A stretch of DNA of 63,698 nucleotides, filler included, from Octopus bimaculoides (GCF_001194135.2; 5 parts of 5 records of this genome joined end to end with filler, not necessarily neighbours in it), one strand, 5' to 3'; counted from the first letter of the whole stretch, positions 36,338 through 49,955 are shown. The notes: a model not told the origin generated them from the letters alone. Translations and numbers: made by a program.

Positions 36338-37996
36338 AAATCAGAATTTTTATAATAACAATGTCCTTGATTTTCCCTCCTAATGCATGTCTGCGAAATA
36401 GCATAAAGAATATAATTTATTCAACATATTGCAGTATTTCATCCATCTTCACATTCTGAGTTCAAATTCTGTCATGGTTGACTTTGCCTTTCATTCTTTC
36501 AGGATTGATAAAATACATACCAGTTGAGTACGGGGATTGATGTAATCTACTCATCCCACCCTGCCCGAAATTTCTAGCCTTGTGGCAAAATTTGAAATCA
36601 ATATTTTTTGGCTGATATCAAATGCAAATATTTGATCACTGTTGCTATTTGACATTGAAGAACATCTTTTAAAGTCTACTATGAAAATACAATTATTTAT
36701 TTCTTACAAACAAAACCCTTTTTTATGGAGGTAGCATATCAGTTGATTCTACTCATTATATTATTGGTACTTGTTTTATCAAACTTTGATGAATAGAAGA
36801 CAATATAACTTAGTTGTTTTTTCTCATTACTATGTTTGGCATGTTAACCTGCTTAATGACTTTCACAGTTGTATAATAACGGGGCCCTAAAATAGTCTTA
36901 CTAGTGCTCATTTAATCTGTTAGTTTAATGGAACCTGTTAAATCCGAAAGAAATATCAATTCTGTTTGTCTTTGGATATTAGTGCAAACTTTTATGAAGA
37001 AAAGCTAAGAGGGTTTTCATAGCCAAGTTAGTCACCACAACAAAAGTATGTTCCACCATGGCATAACCTGGAGCTATATCATGCAATATATGGCACAAAT
37101 CAACTAAGCATCCAGTAATCAATAATGGCTCAATTTCAGAACTATAAAAGTATTAATTACCAAAGCTTCCCATTTTTAATAGTGCCTGCCAGTCATATAC
37201 ACTTTTCATCTAAGCCCCATTAATAGGCTTGTAGTTGTTTTTTGTTTGTTTGTTCATTTGTTTGTTTGTTTTTATATCTCTCTTTAGAAAATTTTAGAAT
37301 CAAGTTGATAATGGAATGTAGAATTTACTTCCTGAATTTAAGATTTAATCTAATATTGACATTTAGAAAAAATGTTGTCTTTAGGTTAGGCTTGCTGACA
37401 CAATCATTCTAAAATAAAGACCAGGTATCACCAGGCTTCAACAGAGAGTGTTATAGTATCTGTATACACATCTTAGTACTGAATCTGCAGGGTTGGACTG
37501 GGTTTGGTCTCTTCTGTGAGATGACACAGGATAAAGATATATGAATGAAAAGATTTTCTATTTATTAGTTTAAAAGAGAGGAGACAGAGAAGGAATTTAT
37601 AGAAGAGGATAAAGATAGCTGAGTGACATTTCTGTGACTAATACCTAAGTTCAGTTGCTTAAGTTTGATAGCTAGCCGGGATGGTATGGAGGTGGAAAGG
37701 GAGTTTCTGTGAGATGTACTTCTGGTGATGCAAGATTAAGCAAAGTGCTTAGCTGGAAAGGTCTGGAAGGTGAACTGCATTAGAAATGTTTGAGGTAGGA
37801 TATCAGGTGAATCAATCCCATTCTTTAAATTATGGCTTAGTGTATAAGATTGATTCGGTAAATTACGAGGAGAGTAGTAGAAAGAAATAAAGACAGATTG
37901 ATAAGTGTGGAAGGTGTTAGTAAATGTGAAAAAGCTCATTAACATTTTATTTGAAATCAGTTTGAAATGTGAATGGATGTGTAAATATGAAACATC

Positions 37997-38820
37997 ACAT
38001 GAGTATACAGCATGGCTGTGTGGTAAGCAGCTTGCTTCACAACTACATAGTTCCAGGTTCAGTTCCACTGTGTGGCACCTTGGACAAGTGTCTTCTACTA
38101 TAGCCTTAGACTGACCAAAGCCTTGTGAGTGAATTTGGTAGACGGAAACTGAAAGAAGCCCATCATACACACACACACATATATATTTAATTAGAGGTTA
38201 AGACAGCCTTATTAAGGGATAATAATATCCAATCAATTACTGGATCATTGCCTAGTATTTTTTGTGAATAATAATATTCATAAAATAGTAGGTTTAAATA
38301 GAAATTTTGGTTTATAAATATTCAAAAGAAAATTTAGAAAATGGAGATGTAGCATTGATATAATTTGTTAACTTCAAAAATCCAACATGTTCTCTTACAG
38401 CTGTTTCAATTTAGCCTAAAGATTAAATTACAACAATTAAATCATAGTATTAGGCAAAATCTCATCAGAGGGGTAGAAAAGATATACCGTTAGGTTATTA
38501 GGTGTTGTATATTCAAATCATATGTACATATGAGTGTGAGTGTATGCAAGCATTTGTGTATGTGTGTGTGTGTATTTGTGTGAGTGTGCATCTGTGTGTG
38601 TGTCTTTATGTCTGTGTTTGTCCCCCACCACCATTTAACAACCAGTGTTGGTATGTTTATGTCTCTATAACTTAGTGGTTCAGCAAAAGAGACCAATAGA
38701 ATAAGTACCAAGCTTTAAAAGAAAAAGTACTGGGGTTGATTCATTCAACTAAAAATTCTTCCAGATGGGGCTCATAAATGGCTGCAGTTTAATCACTGAA
38801 ATGAGTAAAAGATAAAAGAT
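37997..38820 (+). mobile_element. Older B1 (37997-38165) and B2 (38590-38820) segments
   Basis: CpG-decayed matches to both parts. Confidence 0.7.
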
Positions 38821-39989
38821 AATACCATAGAGTTACATATATATCTGTTTTACAAAGAACTACCAAATTATTTTAGTTATGAAAATACTCAAGAAGGTAG
38901 CTGCGTCACTGCTGTAATTATATGAAGTATATAGGGTCTCCATGAAATGCATTCTGAGTGTATTAAGGCTGGTATTTGAAGGTTGTAAATGAAGGCATCC
39001 TTTGTGCACTTTTCATTGGTTGAGGGGATACTGTGCTGTGGTTTTGTTTCCTCAAGATAACATAAATCAACCTGAAGTGACCTATCTTTTAAAGTTCAAA
39101 TTTCATTTATATACATGCATACCTTAAAGACAGGAGTTACTGGAATGCAGCTTTCAACATTGAGTGGAAACATAAGGCAAGTTCACATTAGCAAGACAAC
39201 TGTAAAGAATTCCTCCTTGCAGATGACAAAATCTAAAATGATTTAGAAATTCTCTTTGTTGTCGCTTTCTGAACTGAATTGAATGGAACTTAGATGCAGC
39301 TCTGTTAACCTTTCCAGGAATTTGATCTGAAAATAAGGCCCATATGATGTAAAGTAATAAGTCTTTAGAAATGGAATAAGCACAACCAAGTCTATTTGAG
39401 TGTAGATTTAAGGTCAAATATTTCCAAAATATTATTATTATTGTTGTTGTTGTATTTTTATTTTTTATTTTTTATTTTTTGGCAGTTCATTTCATCAAAC
39501 AAAATTGTATGAAAGAAGAAGAAATCTGAATTAGGGATTTAATTCCAAGGTCAATGTGACATTTTCTCTTGCGGTAATTGGTGTGTTCTATGATGAGTCA
39601 AGTGTAAGCACTATAACTATTGAAATGTTGCTACATTTGTCAGCTTTCACATACTAACAAAAATAAAATCTGAATTAATAAAATTATAGAATATTTCTAT
39701 AGATAAACAATGTTCCACAGTTTCAGAATGTTCCAAATAAGAGTCAAAGGAAATCAGGGAAGGAAGAAAAAAAAATTTGGTTTCAAACTCAAGAGAGATT
39801 CAATAGCTTGCTTCTCAGCTGAGATGAAATCAATTTGGCTTTTATCAGCCAAGCGTAATGTTGCCTAGTGATGAATTCTCTGAAAATACTTTAGCATCAA
39901 GTCTCTTGTTAATTTAGAGTAGTATCACTGTCAACAAGTCGTCTGATATCTCTCTATAACACTGTGGATATCAGTGTCAATATCATACA

Positions 39990-40022
39990 TGCTGTCCAAA
40001 TAGCTGGTAATGCCAACATGCA

Positions 40023-40066
<44 letters not shown>

Positions 40067-40209
40067 ACACACACGCACACATATATATGCATATACATGT
40101 GTGTGTGCATGCATGTATATGTGTACACACACACACATATATATAGACATACATATATGCATATATATATATATATATATATATATACAACACACACACA
40201 CACATATAT

Positions 40210-40298
<89 letters not shown>

Positions 40299-40417
40299 CA
40301 CATACATACACGCATAAAGTCATTCCTAATACCACTACCTCCATCAACATCATCTTCACTGTTGGTGGTGTCAGCAGCAATGCCAACATCATCAGTAGTA
40401 TCAGCATAAGCAACAAT

Positions 40418-40448
<31 letters not shown>

Positions 40449-40480
40449 CCAGCAATAACAATAACAATAACAACAACAAG
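39990..40480. repeat. (CA)n/(TA)n/(TG)n and (AAC)n microsatellites
   Basis: Directly visible. Also (CT)n 50128-50205, (GA)n 52650-52705, (TA)n 16967-17035 and many others. Confidence 0.95.
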
Positions 40481-40750
40481 TAACAGGAACAACACCATTT
40501 CTGTAGCCATTATTAAGTAACTATTACCGAGATTTTCCCATCATTCTTCAAATACCGTTTCAATAGAGAAAACTTTTTCAAAAGCTGTAACAGGCTCAGT
40601 AATGATTTTTCTTTTTTAAATGTTACCAGCGAGTTTCATTTGCATAATGTTCGTTGATCAAGATCATTAGTAGCAAAAAATTTTTCATCTTTATTATATA
40701 AAATTAAATATGTCAAGCTCAAATGCTGCTTCGTTCAGAGCACAAAATTA

Positions 40751-40795
<45 letters not shown>

Positions 40796-40850
40796 ACGTA
40801 TATATGTATGTATATATGTGTATGTATTTGTGTATGTATGTATTTGTGTA

Positions 40851-40890
<40 letters not shown>

Positions 40891-41952
40891 AATATATTTG
40901 ATTAATAAATTCAAAAAGGGATAAAACTCTTTTACAAGAATTTTATCAAGAAGCCAGTGTGNNNNNNNNNNNNNNNNNNNNNNNNNNNNNNNNNNNNNNN
41001 NNNNNNNNNNNNNNNNNNNNNNNNNNNNNNNNNNNNNNNNNNNNNNNNNNNNNNNNNNNNNNNNNNNNNNNNNNNNNNNNNNNNNNNNNNNNNNNNNNNN
41101 NNNNNNNNNNNNNNNNNNNNNNNNNNNNNNNNNNNNNNNNNNNNNNNNNNNNNNNNNNNNNNNNNNNNNNNNNNNNNNNNNNNNNNNNNNNNNNNNNNNN
41201 NNNNNNNNNNNNNNNNNNNNNNNNNNNNNNNNNNNNNNNNNNNNNNNNNNNNNNNNNNNNNNNNNNNNNNNNNNNNNNNNNNNNNNNNNNNNNNNNNNNN
41301 NNNNNNNNNNNNNNNNNNNNNNNNNNNNNNNNNNNNNNNNNNNNNNNNNNNNNNNNNNNNNNNNNNNNNNNNNNNNNNNNNNNNNNNTATATAACAAAGT
41401 AAAGTTGTAAGGTATCGCACAAGTGAAAATATATATGAAAGAAGGTTTGAAAATGCAATGAACTTTGAAAGACGTTTATTGACTTAACTTCACTTTTTTA
41501 GAAAAAGATTGTCAAAAGTAAAATGTAAAGCTTTGTATAAGCTCTGTTGTGTTAAGTACTGGTTATCACAAAAGTATTAAAATACAGTTATACATTCTTT
41601 GATAATGATAAGAAAATGTTAGAAACAGTTTACAAGAAAGTATTCAAGAAAGTATTCAAGAATGGGACTACAATAAGTAATTTGAGTTCAATAAAAATCA
41701 TGTTTGTTAGGTAGTATATATATATATATATATACAGAAGGAGATATATTTAAGAATTTACAAAAATTGGAGCGGAATAACTGACCTGTCTGACTAAAAT
41801 TACTTATTGTATTCCTGTTCTTGAATACTTTCTTGTAAACTCTTTGCGTGTATAAACTGGGAATGCATACAATGAGCTTCTCTGCTCTAGGTGTACGGAA
41901 AACACTCGGCAAGAAATGGAAGAAAATTTGAAGAAAGAAGAAAAATAACAAC

Positions 41953-42004
<52 letters not shown>

Positions 42005-42052
42005 CATCAAAAATACCTTAGGAATGAGAACCCAAGTTCAAAATTTCCCCAA

Positions 42053-42098
42053 GACACCTGAAGAAGGCTGGAGGGTGTATCAGCTGAAACATTGTGTT
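42053..42098 (+). ncRNA. Minimal type I hammerhead ribozyme-like motif (Penelope pLTR type), partly decayed
   Basis: GACAC-CUGAAGA-A-GGCUGG-agggugua-UCAGCU-GAAA-C-AUU-GUGUU. Helix I is 42053-57 with 42094-98, helix II is 42066-71 with 42080-85, and both core motifs CUGANGA and GAAA are intact. Confidence 0.7.
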
Positions 42099-43143
42099 AA
42101 CAACAAACAAGATGAGGACAAATATCCGTCAAATGTCATCACCATCATCAACATTTAACGTAGACGTATAGGTGAAAAATGAATGGTAAACAAGGGAGGG
42201 AGTATAGTTAATGGTGAGTATCAGTTTTTTGGGGGGAAGACGAAGTTACTCTGAGTGAGTCAGGGAGGAGGAGGAGTTGATAAATGGCAGTACAAAATGA
42301 TGGCTTTTCTTTCCTTCTCAATGGACTAAGACTTTTAGTCATCTGCTATCTGTTCTTGTAGTAGTTCTAGGCTTGACATATTTCTCTTCTTTGCAGTGGG
42401 GTTGAGTTTTTAGGAAGCATAGATTTATTCTCTTAATGGTAGTCAGAGAATATAGTGAATAACTTCTTCTTCAATAGTTTATGGATTTCAGAATATGTCA
42501 TGCCTGATTCACAAAGATTAGCAGTTTGATTTTTAATATCCACATCAGCATGGAATTTCTTCTTCTTTGAAGGTATATCTTATACAAAAGAAAAAAAAGA
42601 GAGAGAGAGAGAGAAAAAAAACAAAACAAATAAACAAAAAACATGACATAGTTTAACTATCTAAGTTGCAATTAGAGCTATTTATATGCGACTTTTTATT
42701 TGAACATCAAAAGAAACTTCTTGTACACTTCTTTTTGAAAGAAACCCAGAAGTACACTAGCTGTCATTTTAAATACTTTTCCAAACTTTTATTATAAAGA
42801 ACAATTTAAAACACCCCTGTCACCTATTTTCTGTATGTCCAATTTTAATCCCTTCTGTCTTACTGCCTTATCTGCAATATTGGCCATCAAGGTAAAAAAA
42901 AAAAAAATTAAAATCTAGAAATTTTCAGTTTCGTCTTTCTTCAGAAAATTTTAAAAATAACTTTGTAAAATATGTTTTTCTCCTAAAATAAAATCCCATT
43001 CAGAGCATATGGAGAAACTATTGCAGTGTTTGAAACAAATAACCTATTTAAGTTGCTGGGAAGCCCTCACTTTGATATGCCAAATTAACAAAACACATTT
43101 GGCTTCTTTATACATGTATGCACTACAAGTACATACACATGCA

Positions 43144-43200
<57 letters not shown>

Positions 43201-43483
43201 GTCTGTCTGCCTGCCTGTCTGTCTGTCTGCTTGCCTGTCTACCTGTCAGCCTGTCTGACTGCCTGTCTGCCTGTCTGCCTGTCTGCCTGCCTGCCTGTCT
43301 GTCTGTTTCTACATTGTCATCGTCATCATCATCATCATTTAATATCCATTTTGATGTGGTTGAATGATTTGACAAGCTGGCAAGCCAAAGGGCTGCACCA
43401 GGCTCCAGTCATCTGTTTTCGGATGGTTACTATGGCTGGATACCCTTCTTAAAACCAGCCACTTTACAAAGTTTACTGGGTGT

Positions 43484-43526
<43 letters not shown>

Positions 43527-44087
43527 TCATCATCATCATCATCATCCAGTGTTTTAAGTATGGGTTTTGTCCCTGTTAATGGGGGTGGCTGGATCTACCT
43601 CAATGCCATAGCAACCAAGATAGGCAGGTGCAGCCCACCCCAACCTTTGGGCTGGCTGGTGCCCATTCTTCTTCGCTATCAAGAGGCTTTTTTAGAGTTG
43701 AATTTTCTACAGGGAGCATGCCCTTGATTACCCCCAACCTCAGTTTCTAGACATGAGTGGTCCCAAGACTAAGGCCTTTACCATCATTTTTGAGAAATGT
43801 GGTGAAAGGAATATAAACAAATAGTAAATGAGTATATGCATATATACGTACAGGTATGTGCATACCGACATCCACCTGTATGTATAGGTGCATATCTGGG
43901 TACAGGACATTGCAAACAAACGTAGACGAGAACACACGAGCCACATAGAGAACATTCTCCTTCATCAGCCACCCACGTTTTAACACCGGTGTTTCGACGA
44001 GCTTGGGCAGGACGCATCGCTAAAACAGCTCGTCCCATGGATCGCAGATTAAATTTGTATACGCAAATTAAATCTAGCCATGGAGGA

Positions 44088-44187
44088 NNNNNNNNNNNNN
44101 NNNNNNNNNNNNNNNNNNNNNNNNNNNNNNNTTAATTAATTAANNNNNNNNNNNNNNNNNNNNNNNNNNNNNNNNNNNNNNNNNNNN
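44088..44187. other. Artificial scaffold linker 3
   Basis: 44N + TTAATTAATTAA (44132-44143) + 44N. Confidence 0.95.
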
Positions 44188-44429
44188 TATATATATATAT
44201 ATATATATATGAATGTATGTATGTATATATAGGGGCACCTCAGCACTCACTATGTTTGTATTTGTATTCAAACAATCAGATCTGCTTTTGCATCAGTGAA
44301 ACTTGAAACTTTCAGTAATGCAAGTCTGAGTCGAACTGTTAATGCAAATATTTAACCTCTACATCTGTTGATTGCTCTTATCTTTCCTTTATACAACTAT
44401 GTATGTCTTTGTGTGTGTGTGTGTGTGTA

Positions 44430-44461
<32 letters not shown>

Positions 44462-44600
44462 TGTGTGTGTATGTGTGATATTTATGTACAATGTATTAGA
44501 AGACAGGAGATAAATGTGAAGTAGTTAAAGTATAGTTTTTAACCTTTTGCTGCAGAATTTTAAACAGATGATAATATATCTTGTTATTCTCTTTACACAG

Positions 44601-44645
44601 AGAAAATAAAGGAGCTCGTTCTGATATGAGATTGTATGTCTGTGC

Positions 44646-44681
<36 letters not shown>

Positions 44682-45881
44682 ACATGTGCGTATGGTGATT
44701 GTCAACTTTATTTGAAGCCCTTTTCTCATTGGAGAAAATGTGGCAAGTTTCACAGGATTTGGGCCCTGGGCCCTCAGATGGCTCCCTAACTTTAATTCTA
44801 CTTCAATTTTTTTTTTCTTTTTTAGTAAACGTAGCACATAATTTTGTGACAAATCTCATCAATAATGACCATGGCCTTCCTCATGTTACAGCAATAAACA
44901 AATAGTCATTTGGGCCTAAAAGACACCTGTGATCTCCAGGTGCCATTTTTAGGTTGTATTCAGTTAAGTTTCTCAGGTTAGTCTCATGCAACAGTAACAT
45001 GTCTGGTTTTAAAAAGTGGAATACAACCACAGATACTGAAAGTAAGGTTATCCCTGGACCCTCTCTCATTTTTAGGCTTTACTTTTCACCATTTGATGGA
45101 CACTTTGAATTTTCTCAAAACTACAGGCTCCTCTTCCTGCTTATAAATCCATATTCATTCCTGTTTATTGCAAGTTGCTACCAATTAATGGTATAAGGTT
45201 GTTTTTTGTGATGTCATAAAACGACTTATTTGTTTTGGTGCTGGGTAATGGTAACGAGCGCTAATTCTTCAAAAGGTGATTACTTTAAAAGTCTGAAGCC
45301 CTCAAAACAGATGACATGACTCACCCATCATATTTGGTTCTGATGAGGCAACCCTCTTTTTCCAGCACTTCTGTTTCTTGTTCCAAAGATTTCCAATTCA
45401 ACATCATCATCATCATCGTTTAACGTCCGTTTTCCATGCTGGTATGGGTTGAACGGTTTGACTGGGGTCTGGAAAGCCAGTGGCTGCACCAGACTCCAAT
45501 CTGATCTGACAATGTTTCTACAGCTGGATGCCATTCCTAATACCAGCCACTTTGAGAGTGTAGTGGATGTTTTTTACGTACCACTGGCACAGGAGTCAGT
45601 CAGGGGGCCCTGGCATCGATCACGTTCAGATAGTGCTTTTTATGTGCCACCGGCATGGGAGCCAGTCAAGGGGTACTGCCATCGATCATGTTCAGATGGT
45701 GCTTTTTGCATGACACACTTTAGAGATTTCTTGTGGAATTTCTGAAGTATTTTGAAGTGTTGGTAATTCTGTATCCTTGTTTCAGATGAGTGCATTGACC
45801 TAAGAATCATAAATACAAAGCTTGGTAGACAGCTGAAGTCCCTGCTTGTTCAGGTTCAAGTCTCAAGTCAACATCGCAAAC
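44601..45881 (+). CDS. Three candidate phase-compatible exons of an unidentified gene (44601-44633, 44995-45041, 45786-45881)
   Basis: Each has an AG acceptor and a GTATGT/GTAAGG/GTAAAT donor. Phases 2-2, 2-1, 1-1 join to xENKGARSDMRFNMSGFKKWNTTTDTENECIDLRIINTKLGRQLKSLLVQVQVSSQHRK. No homology recognised. Confidence 0.25.
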
Positions 45882-48800
45882 GTAAATGAAGTCATCTCAA
45901 TCTTCAAGTTGATTTTTGAATCTAGAAAAGCAATGAGGGAGACTCTACTTGGTCATTCAATCTACAAGAAATAACAGCTAAAGCTACCTCAAATCATATT
46001 TTAATGTCTTAAGAAAAGAACATATTCAATAATCTCTGAGATATGTCTGAAGTAAAGACAAGACAGGATGGTTATGGCTGGAATGGATTTCATCATGTCT
46101 TTGCTGGATCAAGGACTAACCTAGGGTTAAACCGCCGCTACAACCCAGAGGTTCAGATGCTGATCTCCGAACCCCAGCATCATGAGTTCAAGCATCAACC
46201 ATAGCAACTGTTTCAATGGGCCTCTTAATCATGGTATCTTGCTCCAGTTTTCCTGACTCACATAAAAGAAGAGTTCATTGCTTATTTCATGGCTGACTTG
46301 TTTGGGATAAAAAGCAAGGATTCTATCCAGATGTAAAAACAATTGCTCCATCAAATAAACCATTCCATCCATTTTAGTGGGGAGTGGGGTGAGGCAAAGA
46401 GATGTGAACTGGAATTATAATACAAACATGCATGTGCGCACGTACACACACACACACACCAAGTAGGTCAAAACTACGATTCTTCATTTCGTATATTCGC
46501 TCTCTTTCTGTGGTGTTGGGAGACAGATAATTGTTGAAGTGTAATAAAAGGAGTCGGGGGCCCAAAACATTAGACTTCACTTTTTCCTCAAAGCAAAATC
46601 ATTTTATTCCACTTTGCAAACTTTTTTCACTTTACTATTTGCCAACACAGACCGTTGCTTATTTCCTCAAATTCTACTCTTTCAATTCTAGTGAAAGTTT
46701 ACTTTCTCTCTCTCTCTCTCTTTCTCACACACACACAAAGATATAATCATCATCATCATTATTTTGCATCAGCTTTCCATACAGTCTCGGGTTGTCATGT
46801 TTTACTGCAGTTCTTATTTGGCATTACTGCTGTCGTCCTCGACTGGTTGGAGGATGACCATGTCTCACTTGTGCTCCTTGCTTTTCACATGATCTTACAC
46901 GCTTAGACACCCTTCTGTTTGCCAACCCCTTTACACAACATTACTGGACACCAATACTAGAGGAATCTAAAATGTCCCCTTCGATCCTGTGTTGTCTCTC
47001 TTTGATCAGTGTCCACTTCCCAAGGTGTATTAGATGAGCATTAGATGATGGCACCAACACTACAGAGGTTGCTGGGTCTCTTGCAAGATCAAAGAATCCT
47101 CTTTACTGTACATAGTCCTCAACTTTTTCATGACAAACTTCTCCAAGAGTGCAACTAGGAAGGCAGTGAGAGCTAAGAGTCAAAAAGAGGAGAGAAATGT
47201 GAATGGCAATGCGATGGAGGAAGCAGAGGGATTGTATGATAGAAGAGGATGCAGTGGAAAGGAGACAGGGAAAGCAATGTTTTAGGTGTGGGTGGTCACT
47301 AGGTGATTGAAGTGAAAGCAGCACAGGTAGCATGATGGGATAGCAACAAGGGTACACACCACACATATGATGTGTGTGTGCGTGCATGTCTGAATTCTTG
47401 TAAGGAATAAACTGGTTTAGCAAAAATTATTTTCTCAATTTATGAAGAGAAGGATTTTCTGTTTTGTTTTCGGGGCCAAATTGGAGTAAAATTTCTAAAA
47501 GAATCTGTTAGCAGAAGTGAAATGGTAGGATGGCATCACAAGGCATCACTTGAAGTCTTTCCAAATCTATTGCTCTGCTTTAGTCTGAGAGCAAAAGTAA
47601 CACTTTTGCAAATACAAATGAAAATAAAGTTGAAACAAATTTTAATAGTCTCAGAGCAAATTAAATCTTTTTCCCTAATTAAATAATGTCATCAAATGAT
47701 ATCTCACATTGCTTTATCTAGTAAGTAATAAATTATAATTTAATTTTGACTTTTGAAACAAGCATCAACACATGTTTTATGAGTTTATTGGAATATAATC
47801 TGTTTTGGAAATATAAAACACAGTTTAATTGTAAATAGGTTGGCTTTAATGAAATCATTCTTCCACTATGACGACTTGCTATAATTTATTGCAAAACTAT
47901 CAACACATACATTCCTTACTGAGTATGGCACAAAGCCAGCAGTTTTAAAGATAAGGGTCAAGTTGATTATGTCAACCCCTAGGGATCGCCTGGTACTTTA
48001 TTTCATTGACTCTGAGATGAGGAAAGGCAAATTTACCTCGCAGAATATATGAACCTAAAGAAATGCAGGATTTTGTCCAATTCTGCCAGATCACTGCCCT
48101 TATCAACCCATAAATGGAATGGAAACATTGAGGTGCATTTTCTAATGTTGATTGAAGACATTTATTTAACCATTCCACAAGTGATTCAATACTTCCACAT
48201 TCTATCTTCTTGAGTTTGTCACAGACAACTCTATGGGGTAAATCTGATGCATCATCTTTTCGTAACCAATGATTCGAATGATGTTGTCTTCTTGTCTTCT
48301 ATTCACAACAGAAATGAATTCCCGATTGTCTCATTCCATGGCAAATAGAACAAACAGGAATTTCAAGTGCAAATCTCTTCCATGACCTCTGTTTGGCACT
48401 TCGTGAAACATGAATATTTGTAGCTTGTGACAAGCTGTCATTGTTTTCAGGCCGATCTTTGTCATACATAAATTGTCACAGAATTCTGGACCTAAACTGA
48501 ATGAAATGAATTCTGATGGCAAAATAATCAGTTTGAGCTAAGCAGGACATAGATGTTTTTCATATTTTACTAAAATGGTTTATTTACTCGTTTGAAGGTA
48601 ACGAAGGAGACAGACAAAAGATATTCAGTCAATGCCTTATGTCTTGTGTAGGCTCTATGGAATTATGGAATTATGGAATTATGGAATTATGGAACTCTAG
48701 AAAAGTGTGAAGATGGTACAGCTGTTACCGAGTGAGCTTCATTTCATGATTCTTGGCATTAAATTCCATTCCTCTTATTTCTATGTTCCAGTTTCTCCAA

Positions 48801-49289
48801 GTCCAATTCTAAATTTCATCCATTTATGTCCAAGAGTTGATGAAATATTGACTTCAGTTTTTGGCACAAGACCAGCAATTTCAGGAGAAGAGTTAAGTCT
48901 ATGGACCCCCATGCGCAACTGGTACTCGTTTTATCGACCCTGAAAGGATGAAAGGCAGAGTTGACTTCAGCAGAATTTGAACTCAGAATGTAAAGATGGA
49001 CAAAACGCCGCCAAGCATTCTGTCTGTTGCACCATCAATTCCGCCAGTTCACTGCGTTGACTTGATGAAACAACACTACATGAGAGGGGAGGGGGAATCG
49101 GAGGAGGAAGACCAAGATTCTTTGAGAAGAGAGGGGACATTAGAGGATGTGATCATGTGTCAGATGATGAAAGGTTCGAGTGTGACAGAGAGAGAGAGGA
49201 AGAAAGAGGGGGTGAGAGGAAGAGAGAGAGGAAAGAGAGAAACAGTTATTTTATATTACAATGAGATTGAATTAAGATTGTTGAGATTC

Positions 49290-49617
49290 CCTTCGGTCAT
49301 GTCTGACCATGGGATTGCACCTAGAAAGTTCCTTTCCTAGGTACAAGTCCGGGCAAGGTTGTTTATGGAAGACCAGCAGTCGCCCATACATACTGACCTC
49401 CCCTCTCCACGCCACTGTTGTTATCCAAGGGAAAGGCAAAAGGAGCCGATACAGCTTGGCACCTGTGACATCACATTTCATTTCTACAGCTGAGTGAACT
49501 GGAGCAATGTGAAATAAAGTGTCTTGCTCAAGAACACAACACACAGCCCAGTCCAGGATTCGAACTCACAACATCACGATCGTAAGCTTGACGCTCTAAC
49601 CACTGTGCCATATACCT
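49290..49617 (-). mobile_element. SINE family G copy
   Basis: Head TGGCACAGTGGTTAGAGCG..GAGTTCGAATCC; body matches 412-678. Confidence 0.85.
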
Positions 49618-49920
49618 TCACTAAATTAAGATTATAATTTAATTAAGAACACAACCAGTCTCAAGACGGTTGCTCTTAAAACCGTTCCACTGACTTTTGC
49701 CAATTCTTTAAATTCTGGGATTTTTGTATTTTACTAAGTTTTTTATTTTTCTACCTTCCTACCCTCCCCCACAAAATGGGAATGACTCGAAAAATCATCA
49801 AGATTTACAGATGACTAACCATGAAATCCTAGAGTGGCAACCACTGCTGAGTTTGTCTCCACTCCTTTTGACTGCTATTCTAGGAATTTTGCTTACTTTG
49901 ACTTGGTTCATTGACAACTC

Positions 49921-49955
<35 letters not shown>

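Noticed and set aside
39244-39870. Minus-strand exon-like segments (IKFLERLTELHLSS...; ATLRLADKSQIDFISAEKQ...)
   Set aside because: Several frames are equally open, donors are weak and no homology is recognised.
41797-41890. Apparent minus-strand exon with good splice signals
   Set aside because: Half of it is one arm of the local inverted repeat, so it is probably repeat-derived.
48100-48480. Nearly open minus-strand frame with Cys/His clusters (CSICHG...HFCC)
   Set aside because: Internal stop, no usable acceptor in frame, no domain recognised.
48655-48695. (GGAATTAT)4 and other short tandem duplications (e.g. 19900-19960, 2683/2740)
   Set aside because: Ordinary slippage products; no unique spacers, so not CRISPR-like.
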